Source: Flavobacterium sp. UBA4098 (GTDB lineage: Bacteria; Bacteroidota; Bacteroidia; Flavobacteriales; Flavobacteriaceae). Taken from it: a stretch of DNA of 64,000 bases. Positions 1 through 10,421 of this stretch are shown piece after piece. Within the stretch, counting starts at the first letter, position 1. Every line of letters begins with the position of its first letter. Location: assembly GCA_002382495.1 (NCBI GenBank), contig DFXW01000041.1:158943-222942 (forward strand), written 5' to 3'. A program made the position numbers and the translations under genes. A model generated the notes under the pieces. The model ran no database searches, had not been told where the DNA came from, and saw only the letters and a program-made list of their open reading frames with translations.

Positions 1-164
1 TAACGAGAATTTAAGAAATAGCTATTCCCCAAACCACCAAATATAAGTATAGCAATATAATAAATCATTTTAGTCATATCTTTTAGCTCAGAAAAACCAA
101 ATAAGTATTTTCAAATGTAGGATTTATAATTCAATATATTGAAGATTTAGATAAATTTAAACAA

Positions 165-200
165 TAAAAAACCCGTCATAAATTTCTCTTGACGGGTTTT
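165..200 (-). terminator. Intrinsic terminator after nuoN
   Basis: Inverted repeat AAAACCCGTCA(168-178)/TGACGGGTTTT(190-200), followed by a U-tract on the - strand, just past the nuoN stop. Confidence 0.8.
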
Positions 201-221
201 ATTATATGAAGTGAATTGTAT

Positions 222-1592
222 TTATCCTAATAAGTCTAATATTAATGATGGGAACAAACCAATAATAATATTCAAAGTAATTGCAGTAAAAGCTACTGCA
301 TAAATAAAGAAAGGTTTTCCAGTGCGTTCTTCGTTAGATTCTTTAGTGTACATCGCTAAGATCAATTTGAAATAATAACCTACACTGATAATGGAGTTGA
401 TCACAGCAACAATAACTAGCGCTAAATACCCATTTTCGATAGTTTGAGTAAACAAAACCAGTTTAGCAAAGAATCCCGCGAATATTGGAATACCAGCCAT
501 AGAAAGTAACGAGGCAGTCAAAACCGCTGCCAAAAACGGATGTGTTTTTCCTAATCCGTGGAAGTTCGTAATGTCTTCGTTATGTTGGTTTTTACAAACA
601 TATAAAATCACACTAAAAGCAGCGATTCCAGATAAAGCATATGCAGTCGTGTAATACAATAAACTACTTGCTGAGGTGGTCAAGCTTAATAATGTCATCA
701 ACATAAAACCTGCATGTGAAATTCCAGAGAAAGCTAACATACGTTTTACATTGGTTTGTTTCAATGCCATAATATTTCCAACCGTCATTGACGCCATAGC
801 AATAACGACAATCACAATTTTATAAGTTTCTGATATATCGGCATTCATTACCGATAATAGTTTGTAAAGAGTCGCTATAGCAACCACTTTAGCCAAAGTA
901 CTCATCAATGCAGTAGTTAAAGCTGGAGAACCTTCGTATACATCCGGCGCCCAGAAATGGAAAGGTACCGCTGCTATTTTGAATAACATTCCCACAGTCA
1001 ATAAAGCAATTCCAATTGGAAACCAAACTGGCAATTCTGCCGATTGCGATAATTCGCTAATTTCAGTTACATCAAAACTTCCCATAGCGCCGTAAACTAA
1101 GCAAATACCGAATAATAAAATCCCGGAAGCAAACGAACCCATCAAGAAATATTTCATTCCGGCTTCGTTACTTTTTAAAAGCAATCGGTCGCTAGCAGCC
1201 AAAACATACAAAGAGATTGACAATACTTCGATTCCTAAGAAAAACATGGCTAAGTTGCCAAAAGAGACCATGGCTACCGCACCCGATAGTAAAAACACTT
1301 TGATGGCTATAAAATCAGAGATTTTATTTTGATGATTTTCGTAAAAATTATGTCCTAAGGCCACTAAGAAAATAGTCAGTACAATAAACAAAGATGAAAA
1401 AGCAGTAGAGTATTTACTTACCACAATCATATTGCCATAGTAACTTTCGGTTGAACCAAACTCAGAGATATTCAACCCTAAAACGGCCAATAAACCAATA
1501 ATGGTAACAGGCACAATGGCTTTTCGTAAATTTAGAATTTCAAATACAAGGCATAAAACACCTAATCCTATTATTGCTATTAATGTATTCAT
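222..1592 (-). CDS. nuoN: NADH-quinone oxidoreductase subunit N
   Basis: Hydrophobic 456 aa; EAGMKYFLMGS, FKIAAVPFHFWAPDVYEG and KRMLAFSGISHAG motifs; last gene of the nuo operon. Confidence 0.95.
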   Translation of the reverse strand: MNTLIAIIGLGVLCLVFEILNLRKAIVPVTIIGLLAVLGLNISEFGSTESYYGNMIVVSKYSTAFSSLFIVLTIFLVALGHNFYENHQNKISDFIAIKVFLLSGAVAMVSFGNLAMFFLGIEVLSISLYVLAASDRLLLKSNEAGMKYFLMGSFASGILLFGICLVYGAMGSFDVTEISELSQSAELPVWFPIGIALLTVGMLFKIAAVPFHFWAPDVYEGSPALTTALMSTLAKVVAIATLYKLLSVMNADISETYKIVIVVIAMASMTVGNIMALKQTNVKRMLAFSGISHAGFMLMTLLSLTTSASSLLYYTTAYALSGIAAFSVILYVCKNQHNEDITNFHGLGKTHPFLAAVLTASLLSMAGIPIFAGFFAKLVLFTQTIENGYLALVIVAVINSIISVGYYFKLILAMYTKESNEERTGKPFFIYAVAFTAITLNIIIGLFPSLILDLLG

Positions 1593-1604
1593 TGTAAAGT
1601 GGAC

Positions 1605-3047
1605 TTATTTGATTCTATTGATTTGATTTAAAATTCCTTCGATGCTTGGTGCAATCAATTGGATGATTGGTTTTGGATACAATCCAAAGAAAAACAATAC
1701 AGCAATAATTACCACCAAAACAATTCCTTCGTGAATCGTTACATCAGCAAAGGGTTTAGCATTGGTTTCTCCTAGCATAACTGATTGGTACATTTTTAAC
1801 ATATAGTAGGCGCCTAAAATAATAGTAGTTCCACCTAAAATGGCAAATACTATATTCACTTGAGACAAACTATACAATACAGTGAATTCCCCAATGAAGT
1901 TAAAAGTGGTTGGCAACGCCACCGAGGCTAATACGATAAGTAAAAATAGGGATGCGAATTTTGGCGCTTGTGAGCGAATACCACCCATATCGGCGATCAC
2001 TCTAGTTTCGTATCTTCTGTAAATGATTTCAGCAATAAAGAACAAACCTACCACTACAAAACCGTGAGCAATCATTTGTAATACTGCACCGCTAATTCCG
2101 TCAGCAGTCATTGTGTAAGCTCCTGCTGCAATTAATCCAACGTGTGCTAATGAAGAATAAGCCAATAATTTTTTCAAGTCTTTTTGTCTCAACGCCACAA
2201 TAGAACCATAAATCACTCCAGCAATTCCAAGAACCAGCATAATTGTAACATGCCCTTTTGCAGCCCAAGGAACAATTGGCAATTGCCAACGAATCACACT
2301 ATACAATCCCATTTTTAACATGATACCAGACAACAACATAGTTCCAACGGTAGGTGCTTTTTGGTATACATTAGCCTGCCAAGTATGGAATGGGATAATC
2401 GGAATTTTGATGGCGTAAGCCAAGAAAAAACCAACAAATAACCACACTTGTTCGGCTCCGCTTAAGTTCAATTCGTATAAATCGTCAATTAATAAACTAC
2501 CTGCTTTTTGGTACAAATAGGCAAAACCTACTAGCATAAATAAAGAACCTGCCAAAGTATAAATGAAGAATTTCACTACCGCTTTTTTGCGTTCTTCGGC
2601 ATCGCCATTCCCCCAAACAAGAGCAATGAAATAGATTGGCAATAAAGACAATTCCCAAAAAATGTAATACAATAATCCATCAGCAGCTAAGAAAGTTCCC
2701 GCCATTGCAAAAGCCATGAAAAGAATCAATGCATAAAATGTTTTGGCATTATTTACTTCAGTTCCAAAAGAGGAATAAATAATTATTGGAGTTAAAGCTG
2801 TAGTTAGCAATAACATCGCTAAAGCTAAACCGTCTGCTTTTAAAGCAAAATAAATAGTTGGTTTTGAAATCCATTCAGTAATGAATCCGATATTTTCGCC
2901 CAAATTGTATTGGTTCAATAATACGATGGAAGCACCCAAGGAAACGAGTCCGAAAAGCAAGGCAACTTTAGATGCCAATTTATCACCTACGGTGTAAGTT
3001 GCTAGAGCACCAATTAATAGAATAAGTAATATAAAAGATACGTTCAT
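1605..3047 (-). CDS. nuoM: NADH-quinone oxidoreductase subunit M
   Basis: YIFWE, AIKIPIIPFHTW, LKMGLYS and KKLLAYSSLAH motifs; operon position. Confidence 0.95.
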   Translation of the reverse strand: MNVSFILLILLIGALATYTVGDKLASKVALLFGLVSLGASIVLLNQYNLGENIGFITEWISKPTIYFALKADGLALAMLLLTTALTPIIIYSSFGTEVNNAKTFYALILFMAFAMAGTFLAADGLLYYIFWELSLLPIYFIALVWGNGDAEERKKAVVKFFIYTLAGSLFMLVGFAYLYQKAGSLLIDDLYELNLSGAEQVWLFVGFFLAYAIKIPIIPFHTWQANVYQKAPTVGTMLLSGIMLKMGLYSVIRWQLPIVPWAAKGHVTIMLVLGIAGVIYGSIVALRQKDLKKLLAYSSLAHVGLIAAGAYTMTADGISGAVLQMIAHGFVVVGLFFIAEIIYRRYETRVIADMGGIRSQAPKFASLFLLIVLASVALPTTFNFIGEFTVLYSLSQVNIVFAILGGTTIILGAYYMLKMYQSVMLGETNAKPFADVTIHEGIVLVVIIAVLFFFGLYPKPIIQLIAPSIEGILNQINRIK

Positions 3048-3057
3048 AGTGTATATA

Positions 3058-4947
3058 TTATTGAGCTAAAAATAAAAAGGAAATAATGGCACAAAGACCT
3101 AAAACAAAAGCAAAAAGGTACAATCCTACACTTCCATTTTGTACTTTTTTCCCTTGAAGACTAATGGCATTGGTTGCTTTTCCAAATCCAAATACGAAAG
3201 CAGATAAGCTAGTTTCTATTTGATCTCTGAAGAATTTTGACAATGCGTTTATTGATTTTACAAATAAGTAATCGTATGCTTCGTCCAAGTAGTATTTGTT
3301 ATACAAGACTTTGGCAAATCCAGTAATCGAAGCATCGTCTCCAGGCACTGTATTTTGTTTGTTGTATTTGGCATAAGCCAATCCAATTCCTACTAATCCA
3401 CCTACAACGGCAATTGCCATTAATAGGTATTCTGTACTACCTAAATGGTGTTCTGCTGAGGCTAATTTTGGTACAATTGGAATCAAATAATGATTCAACC
3501 AAGAATTACCTGGTAAGCTAATTAAACCACCAATTGTTGCTAAAATAGCCAACACAATTAATGGGAATGTAATCAAAGCTGGACTTTCGTGTAAGTGGTG
3601 TTTTTGTTCTTCAGTTCCTCTAAACTCGTTAAAGAAAGTCAAGAACATCAAACGGAACATATAGAAAGCCGTCATTATTGATGCTACCGAAGCAACTACC
3701 CATAACGGAATGTTATGATGAAAAGCCGTTAATAAAATTTCGTCTTTAGAAAAGAATCCTGAAAAAACAGGCACTCCTGAAATCGCTAATGAAGAAACTA
3801 ACATGGTGATAAACGTAATTGGCATCACTTTTTTCAAACCGCCCATCTTGCGCATGTCTTGTTCTCCATGCAAAGCGTGGATCACTGAACCTGAACCCAA
3901 GAACAAACAGGCTTTGAAGAACGCATGTGTAATCACGTGGAAAACAGCTACTTCGTAAGCACCTAAACCTAATGCTAAAAACATCAAACCTAATTGCGAA
4001 ACAGTAGAGTAGGCCAAGACCTTTTTAATATCGTTTTGTACCAATCCAATAGTAGCAGCTACTAAGGCTGTAATTGCTCCAATTACCGCAATGATACTTT
4101 GAACGTCTGGTGTTAGATCAAAAATAAAGTTCAAACGAGTAATCATAAAGATACCCGCTGTTACCATAGTTGCGGCGTGAATCAATGCCGAAACTGGCGT
4201 TGGTCCAGCCATCGCATCGGGTAACCAAGTATATAATGGAATTTGTGCTGATTTTCCGGTGGCTCCAATAAACAAACACAAGGCAGCAGCAGAAAGCCAA
4301 TACATATCGATGTTGGTTGCTCCAGCAATGGCAGTTTTTAATGTAGCGTAGTCTAAAGTAGAGAACAAATGTCCTAAAATGAATATTCCGATTAACAATC
4401 CTAAATCTCCAATTCTATTCATGATGAAGGCTTTTTTAGCAGCATCATTGTAGTCTTGGTTTTTGTACCAAAATCCAATTAATAAATACGAACACAAACC
4501 AACACCTTCCCAACCGATGAACAACACTAATAAGTTGCTTCCTACTACTAACGTAATCATGAAGAAAACGAATAAGTTGAGGTAGGCAAAGAATTTGTGC
4601 ATGTTCTCATCGTCGTGCATGTAGCTGATCGAATACAAGTGAATTAATGAACCAATCCCGGTTACAAAAAGCAACCATAATACTGACAATTGGTCTAACA
4701 AAAAGCCAAAGTCAATTTTGATATTACTTACATGAATCCAATCAAAAAGAGTGATATTGAATCCTTTTGGTTCTGCCGATAAAGCGTTAAAGAAATAAAT
4801 GGATGTAGCAAAAGATACAGCTACTGAAAGGGTTCCGATGATTCCCGAAACGGTTTTTCCTAGACTTTTGCCCAAGAAAACATTAATTAAAAATCCCGCA
4901 AAAGGAGCAAGAACTAATAGTAAAGCTATATTGGTATTCATTTCCAT
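3058..4947 (-). CDS. nuoL: NADH-quinone oxidoreductase subunit L
   Basis: GWEGVGLCSYLLIGFW, GKSAQIPLYTWLPDAMAGPTPVSALIHAATMV and HAFFKACLFL motifs. Confidence 0.97.
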   Translation of the reverse strand: MEMNTNIALLLVLAPFAGFLINVFLGKSLGKTVSGIIGTLSVAVSFATSIYFFNALSAEPKGFNITLFDWIHVSNIKIDFGFLLDQLSVLWLLFVTGIGSLIHLYSISYMHDDENMHKFFAYLNLFVFFMITLVVGSNLLVLFIGWEGVGLCSYLLIGFWYKNQDYNDAAKKAFIMNRIGDLGLLIGIFILGHLFSTLDYATLKTAIAGATNIDMYWLSAAALCLFIGATGKSAQIPLYTWLPDAMAGPTPVSALIHAATMVTAGIFMITRLNFIFDLTPDVQSIIAVIGAITALVAATIGLVQNDIKKVLAYSTVSQLGLMFLALGLGAYEVAVFHVITHAFFKACLFLGSGSVIHALHGEQDMRKMGGLKKVMPITFITMLVSSLAISGVPVFSGFFSKDEILLTAFHHNIPLWVVASVASIMTAFYMFRLMFLTFFNEFRGTEEQKHHLHESPALITFPLIVLAILATIGGLISLPGNSWLNHYLIPIVPKLASAEHHLGSTEYLLMAIAVVGGLVGIGLAYAKYNKQNTVPGDDASITGFAKVLYNKYYLDEAYDYLFVKSINALSKFFRDQIETSLSAFVFGFGKATNAISLQGKKVQNGSVGLYLFAFVLGLCAIISFLFLAQ

Positions 4948-5268
4948 TTATCCTTTTAAGTTTTTTAGGGTATCGATACTAATCGAACCTGAATTTTTAA
5001 ATATCGATACTAAAATGGCTAATCCAACTGCCACTTCAGCAGCAGCTACAGCCATAGAGAAAAACACGAAAACCTGTCCTTGCGCATCTTGATGGTAGGT
5101 TGAAAAAGCAACAAACAATAAGTTTACCGCATTCAACATAATCTCGATAGACATAAAAACGATAATGGCATTACGTCTGTACAATACTCCGAATATTCCA
5201 ATACAAAAAAGGATAACACTCAGGAAGATATAGTTTTCTATACCAATTTGATTTAAAATATTATTCAT
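4948..5268 (-). CDS. nuoK: NADH-quinone oxidoreductase subunit K
   Basis: 106 aa; [11 protein letters not shown] and [12 protein letters not shown] motifs. Confidence 0.96.
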   Translation of the reverse strand: MNNILNQIGIENYIFLSVILFCIGIFGVLYRRNAIIVFMSIEIMLNAVNLLFVAFSTYHQDAQGQVFVFFSMAVAAAEVAVGLAILVSIFKNSGSISIDTLKNLKG

Positions 5269-5269
5269 T

Positions 5270-5782
5270 TTATTTCTCTAGTTTTTCTTTCTTAGACAAT
5301 AGAACAGTACCAATCATGGCTACCAATAATAAGATAGAGGCAAATTCAAAAGGAACCATATATTCGTTCAATAGGATTTTACCCAACACTTTAATGGATT
5401 GGTAATCTTCTCCAGTAGCAATATAATCTCCGGCAATTGGTTTTGAATTGATGAAAATCGCAATCAAAATCAAGCATACCAAACAGAAAGAAACAATCGC
5501 TCCTAAACGGGTAATTCTTGGTTTGTGCACTTCATTTTCTTTATTTAAGTTCATTAACATAATGGTAAACAAGAACAAAATCATAATCGCTCCGGAATAT
5601 ACTATGATATGTACGATTGCTAAAAATTGCGCATTCAATAACAAATAATGTCCCGCAACCGAGAAGAAACAAATCACTAAATAAATTGCACTGTGAATTG
5701 GGTTTCGACTAAAAACAGTCAAAAATGCGGTGGATAATGTAATTGCGGCTAGTACGCAAAAAATAATAAGTAATACTGACAT
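5270..5782 (-). CDS. nuoJ: NADH-quinone oxidoreductase subunit J
   Basis: [23 protein letters not shown] and [15 protein letters not shown] motifs. Confidence 0.95.
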   Translation of the reverse strand: MSVLLIIFCVLAAITLSTAFLTVFSRNPIHSAIYLVICFFSVAGHYLLLNAQFLAIVHIIVYSGAIMILFLFTIMLMNLNKENEVHKPRITRLGAIVSFCLVCLILIAIFINSKPIAGDYIATGEDYQSIKVLGKILLNEYMVPFEFASILLLVAMIGTVLLSKKEKLEK

Positions 5783-6327
5783 TAGTTTGCGTTTTTAAGT
5801 TGAGCATTTTGAATTGCCATTTCTAAAGGCATGACCAATTTGTCTTTTCCAAAAATAAAATCTTCTCTATCATAATTAGAAGGCACTAATTCTTTAGAAA
5901 TAGTCAAATAAACTGCATCTTTTGGACAAGCTTCTTCACACAATCCACAGAAAATACAACGCAACATGTTGATCTCGTAGATTTCTGCATATTTTTCTTC
6001 TCTATACAAATGTTTTTCGTCAGGTCTGCGCTCTGCCGCTTTCATGGTGATGGCTTCTGCTGGACATGATAAAGCACACAAACCACAAGCAGTACAATTT
6101 TCACGACCTTGTTCGTCACGTTTTAGCATGTGACGTCCTCGGTAAACTGGACTCATTTCGCGCACTTGTTCTGGATAATGAATCGTTGCTTTTTTTGTAA
6201 AAAAGTGTTTGATTGTAATCAACAATCCTTTGACAATTGCGATAAGATACATTTTTTCCAAAAAAGTCATCTCTTTGTTAGAGACCACTTTTTTTCTTCC
6301 CGATAAGGATATTGTTTCTATTGACAT
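5782..6327 (-). CDS. nuoI: NADH-quinone oxidoreductase subunit I
   Basis: Two CxxCxxCxxxCP 4Fe-4S motifs (CTACGLCALSCP, CIFCGLCEEACP). Confidence 0.96.
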   Translation of the reverse strand: MSIETISLSGRKKVVSNKEMTFLEKMYLIAIVKGLLITIKHFFTKKATIHYPEQVREMSPVYRGRHMLKRDEQGRENCTACGLCALSCPAEAITMKAAERRPDEKHLYREEKYAEIYEINMLRCIFCGLCEEACPKDAVYLTISKELVPSNYDREDFIFGKDKLVMPLEMAIQNAQLKNAN

Positions 6328-6385
6328 TTTTATTTTTTTTATTTCTTAAGCTAAATGAAATTAGCACTTCTACAATTGATATTGT

Positions 6386-7438
6386 TTAGAATCCTAAATA
6401 AGCTGCGATGTCGGCTCTTAAAATTACAATTCCAGTAATCATGATATTAATTATGGAAAGCGGAATTAAAATTCTCCATCCCAAATGCATTAATTGATCG
6501 TATCTGAATCTTGGAATCGTCCAACGCACCCACATGTAGAAAAAGATAAATCCACATATTTTTACGAATAATACACCAATTCCAATGGTGTTTCCAATGT
6601 TTACTCCCACGTTTTCAACTACCCAACTCATTCCAGGGTAATTATACCCTCCGAAGAATAAAATCGCTAAAATAGTTGATGAGATGAACATGTTGGCATA
6701 TTCAGCAAACAAATAGAATCCCATTTTCATCGAAGAATACTCGGTGTGGTACCCACCAATTAATTCACTTTCGCATTCCGCTAAGTCAAATGGTGTACGG
6801 TTGGTTTCGGCAAAGGCACAAATCAAGAAAATCAAGAACGAAACCGGTTGGTAAAATACGTTCCAGTTCATTCCAGCTTGTTGAGCCGAAATTTCGCGTA
6901 AGCTCAAACTTCCTGTCATCATTAACAAAGCAATCATGGATAATCCCATAGCTACTTCATAAGATACCATTTGCGAAGCCGCACGAACTGCTCCCATCAA
7001 AGAGAACTTATTATTCGAAGCCCAACCTCCAATCATGATTCCGTAAACTCCAACAGAAACTACTCCGAAGAAGTACAATAACCCAATATTTAAGTCGGTT
7101 GCTTGTAATAAAATATCACGTCCAAACAAATGTAATTTATCGCCCCAAGGAATTACAGCACTGGTCATTAAAGCCGTACTCATGGCAATAGCAGGTCCTA
7201 CGAAGAATAAAAATCGGTTGGGTGTATTCGGTTCAAATTCTTCTTTCGAGAACAATTTCAAACCATCTGCAAGTGGTTGAAGTAAACCTCCAAAACCGGC
7301 ACGGTTAGGACCTACACGGTCTTGTAAAAAGGCAGCTACTTTACGTTCTGCCCAAGTAGAGTACATCGCCATAATCATCGTCACAGCGAAAACCACTACA
7401 ATAACAACACTTTTTTCTATAATAAAGGTACTATCCAT
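6386..7438 (-). CDS. nuoH: NADH-quinone oxidoreductase subunit H
   Basis: ERKVAAFLQDRVGPN, QPLADGLKL, AETNRTPFDL and PRFRYDQLM motifs. Confidence 0.97.
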   Translation of the reverse strand: MDSTFIIEKSVVIVVVFAVTMIMAMYSTWAERKVAAFLQDRVGPNRAGFGGLLQPLADGLKLFSKEEFEPNTPNRFLFFVGPAIAMSTALMTSAVIPWGDKLHLFGRDILLQATDLNIGLLYFFGVVSVGVYGIMIGGWASNNKFSLMGAVRAASQMVSYEVAMGLSMIALLMMTGSLSLREISAQQAGMNWNVFYQPVSFLIFLICAFAETNRTPFDLAECESELIGGYHTEYSSMKMGFYLFAEYANMFISSTILAILFFGGYNYPGMSWVVENVGVNIGNTIGIGVLFVKICGFIFFYMWVRWTIPRFRYDQLMHLGWRILIPLSIINIMITGIVILRADIAAYLGF

Positions 7439-7441
7439 TGC

Positions 7442-8467
7442 TTATGATTTTTGGTTGTTGGTGTCCAATGGAAATTCAGCCATACTGATTTTTTTACGGT
7501 CTTCTTCTCTACCTGCAAGAATTTTCTCTTCTGTATTAATCACCACTTTTTCTAATTTGTGGTTGTATTTATTTTGATTGATAACCGAATCTTTTTCAAA
7601 CGCTCTTGGTCCTTCAATGGTCCAATCGTTGACATCTTTATGGTCAAAACGACATCCGTTACAAATGAATTCTTCTACTTCATGGTACTCGTCTTTTCTT
7701 CCTGTTACTCTTTGAATCTCGTCACCAAACATCCAAACGGTTGTTTTTCCGCAACATTTATCACAATCTCTGTGCGCGTTGTACGGTTTGCTGAACCACA
7801 CTCTCGATTTGAATCGGAACGTTTTATCAGTCAAAGCCCCAACCGGACAAACATCAATCATGTTGCCAGAGAATTCATTGTCAATTGCTTTCGAGATACA
7901 AGTTGAAATGTTAGCGTGATCGCCACGATCCATAACACCATGTACTCTATCATCTGTCAATTGATCGGCCACCTGAACACAACGTTGGCATAAAATACAA
8001 CGGTTCATGTGCAATTGAATATTTGGTCCAATATCTTCTGGCTCAAAAGTTCTTTTGTCTTCTATATAACGAGTTTGTGATTTTCCGTGTTCGAAACTCA
8101 AGTTTTGCAAATCACATTCGCCAGCTTGGTCACACACTGGACAATCCAAAGGATGGTTGATTAGCAAGAATTCAGTAACTGATTTTCTAGCCTCAGTAAC
8201 TCGTTCCGAAGATTTCGAGTTCACTTCCATTCCGTCCATACATCCTGTTACACAAGACGCCATTAGTTTTGGCATGGGTCTCGGGTCGGCTTCACTTCCT
8301 TTAGAAACTTCGACTAAACAACAACGGCATTTTCCACCGCTTCCTTTTAGTTTAGAATAATAGCACATGGCTGGCGGGACTACTTCTCCACCAATCATTC
8401 GCGCTGCTTGCAGGATGGTTGTTCCTGGTTCTACTTCTATTGACTGACCGTCTATTGTTACTTTCAT
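7442..8467 (-). CDS. nuoG: NADH-quinone oxidoreductase subunit G, short form (Fe-S domains only)
   Basis: 2Fe-2S N-terminus, HPLDCPVCDQAGECDLQ, RCILCQRC and DVCPVGAL; only 341 aa. Confidence 0.9.
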   Translation of the reverse strand: MKVTIDGQSIEVEPGTTILQAARMIGGEVVPPAMCYYSKLKGSGGKCRCCLVEVSKGSEADPRPMPKLMASCVTGCMDGMEVNSKSSERVTEARKSVTEFLLINHPLDCPVCDQAGECDLQNLSFEHGKSQTRYIEDKRTFEPEDIGPNIQLHMNRCILCQRCVQVADQLTDDRVHGVMDRGDHANISTCISKAIDNEFSGNMIDVCPVGALTDKTFRFKSRVWFSKPYNAHRDCDKCCGKTTVWMFGDEIQRVTGRKDEYHEVEEFICNGCRFDHKDVNDWTIEGPRAFEKDSVINQNKYNHKLEKVVINTEEKILAGREEDRKKISMAEFPLDTNNQKS

Positions 8468-8518
8468 ATTATTAGTTGTTGGTTGTTGGATGATAGTTTA
8501 ACTATTAGCCTTCAACTT

Positions 8519-9886
8519 TTATACGGTTTGTTTTGCTACTAAATGTCTCACTTTTTCAAATGGTTCATTGACAAAATGGTCTCTATGTTTGATTTTTTCT
8601 GGGAAACGAATATGGTACTCAAATTCCTCTCTAAAGTGACGAATCGCAGCGGCAACAGGCCAAGAAGCAGCATCACCTAAAGGACAAATGGTATTTCCTT
8701 CGATTTTACTTTGAATGCTCAAAAGCAATTCAATATCTTCTTCACGACCGTGACCGTTTTCGATTCGGTGTAATACTTTTTCCAACCAACCTGTTCCTTC
8801 TCTACATGGCGTACATTGACCACAGCTTTCATGATGGTAAAAACGAGAGAAATTCCAAGTGTTACGAACAATACAAGCGGTATCGTCATACACTATAAAT
8901 CCTCCTGAACCCAACATGGATCCTGTAGCAAAACCTCCGTCAGACAAACTTTCGTAGGTCATCAATCGGTCTTCACCAGCGGCTGTTTTGTAAATTAAAT
9001 TCGCTGGTAAAATTGGCACTGAACTTCCTCCCGGAACAAAGGCTTTTAAAGGCCGGTCAGAACTCATTCCGCCTAAATATTCATCAGAATTCATGAATTC
9101 GTATACGCTTAATCCCATTTCAATTTCATATACTCCTGGATTTTTAATGTTTCCTGAAGCCGAAATTAATTTGGTTCCTGTAGAACGTCCCACCCCAATT
9201 TTAGCATAATCGGCACCCGAATTGTTTACAATCCAAGGCACAGCCGAAATAGTTTCTACGTTATTAACCACTGTTGGGTTAGCCCAAAGTCCTGATACCG
9301 CAGGAAAAGGTGGTTTGATACGTGGGTTACCACGTTTTCCTTCCAATGATTCAATTAATGCAGTTTCTTCACCACAGATGTAAGCACCGGCACCACAATG
9401 AACATATAGTTCTAGGTCGTAACCTGTACCTAATATATTTTTACCTAACCAACCAGCAGCTTTCGCTTCGGCGATGGCTCTTTCTAATATTTTATAGACC
9501 CACATGTACTCTCCACGAATGTAGATGTACGAGCGGTTAGCACCCAAGGCATAACTCGAAGTAATCATTCCCTCTATTAACAAGTGCGGAATGTACTCCA
9601 TCAAGAAACGGTCTTTGAAAGTTCCCGGTTCTGATTCGTCAGCATTACATACTAAATGTCTTGGCTTTCCTGATTTTTTATCAATGAAACTCCATTTCAT
9701 TCCGGCAGGGAAACCGGCACCACCACGTCCACGTAGCCCCGAAGTTTTTACTTCTTCAACTACTTCGTCAGGGGTTAATGTTTTTAGGGCTTTTTCTACA
9801 GAGGCATACCCACCATTTTGACGGTATACTTCGTAGGTTTTAATCCCTGGAATATTGATTTTGTCTAGTAATATTTTTTGTGACAT
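8519..9886 (-). CDS. nuoF: NADH-quinone oxidoreductase subunit F
   Basis: GLRGRGGAGFP, NADESEPGTFKDR, GAGAYICGEETAL and ESCGQCTPCREG motifs. Confidence 0.97.
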   Translation of the reverse strand: MSQKILLDKINIPGIKTYEVYRQNGGYASVEKALKTLTPDEVVEEVKTSGLRGRGGAGFPAGMKWSFIDKKSGKPRHLVCNADESEPGTFKDRFLMEYIPHLLIEGMITSSYALGANRSYIYIRGEYMWVYKILERAIAEAKAAGWLGKNILGTGYDLELYVHCGAGAYICGEETALIESLEGKRGNPRIKPPFPAVSGLWANPTVVNNVETISAVPWIVNNSGADYAKIGVGRSTGTKLISASGNIKNPGVYEIEMGLSVYEFMNSDEYLGGMSSDRPLKAFVPGGSSVPILPANLIYKTAAGEDRLMTYESLSDGGFATGSMLGSGGFIVYDDTACIVRNTWNFSRFYHHESCGQCTPCREGTGWLEKVLHRIENGHGREEDIELLLSIQSKIEGNTICPLGDAASWPVAAAIRHFREEFEYHIRFPEKIKHRDHFVNEPFEKVRHLVAKQTV

Positions 9887-9887
9887 C

Positions 9888-10418
9888 TTATTTATCGTGT
9901 AAGATTATTTTACCCGCTTTGGCATCTTCAATAATTTGGTCGATCTTTTGTTCGTTCAAATGCTCTTTGTAGAAATCGCCTAGCTGCATCATTGGGGCAT
10001 ACCCACAAGCACCTAAACATTCTACTCCGCGTACTTCAAAAAGACCATCTGCAGTAATTTCGCCTACTTTTACGCCTAACTTTTCACAAGTGTAGTCCAT
10101 TAGGTTTTCAACTCCATTCAAACAGCAAGGAGAAGTTTGGCAAAACTCAAACATGTATTTTCCAATCGGTTTTAAATTGAACATGGTATAAAAAGTAGCT
10201 ACTTCGTATACTTCAACCGGTTTAATGTGAAGGATTTCAGCCACTTTATCCATTAACTCAATACTCAACCAATTTTGGTGTGCATCTTGTACTTCGTGCA
10301 AAACAGGAATCAAAGCTGATTTTCTGTTTTCTTCAGGATAATGACCAATTAATTCATTGATGCGATTCATCAAGGCTTCGGTCATATTTATTTCTTGTTT
10401 GTGTAAGGTACGTTCCAT
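9888..10418 (-). CDS. nuoE: NADH-quinone oxidoreductase subunit E
   Basis: EVATFYTMF, CQTSPC and ECLGAC 2Fe-2S ligands. Confidence 0.95.
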   Translation of the reverse strand: MERTLHKQEINMTEALMNRINELIGHYPEENRKSALIPVLHEVQDAHQNWLSIELMDKVAEILHIKPVEVYEVATFYTMFNLKPIGKYMFEFCQTSPCCLNGVENLMDYTCEKLGVKVGEITADGLFEVRGVECLGACGYAPMMQLGDFYKEHLNEQKIDQIIEDAKAGKIILHDK

Positions 10419-10421
10419 AAT

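Noticed and set aside
1-77. Possible 5' end of a - strand gene (MTKMIYYIAILIFGG...)
   Set aside because: Only 25 codons are visible at the window edge, so it cannot be assigned
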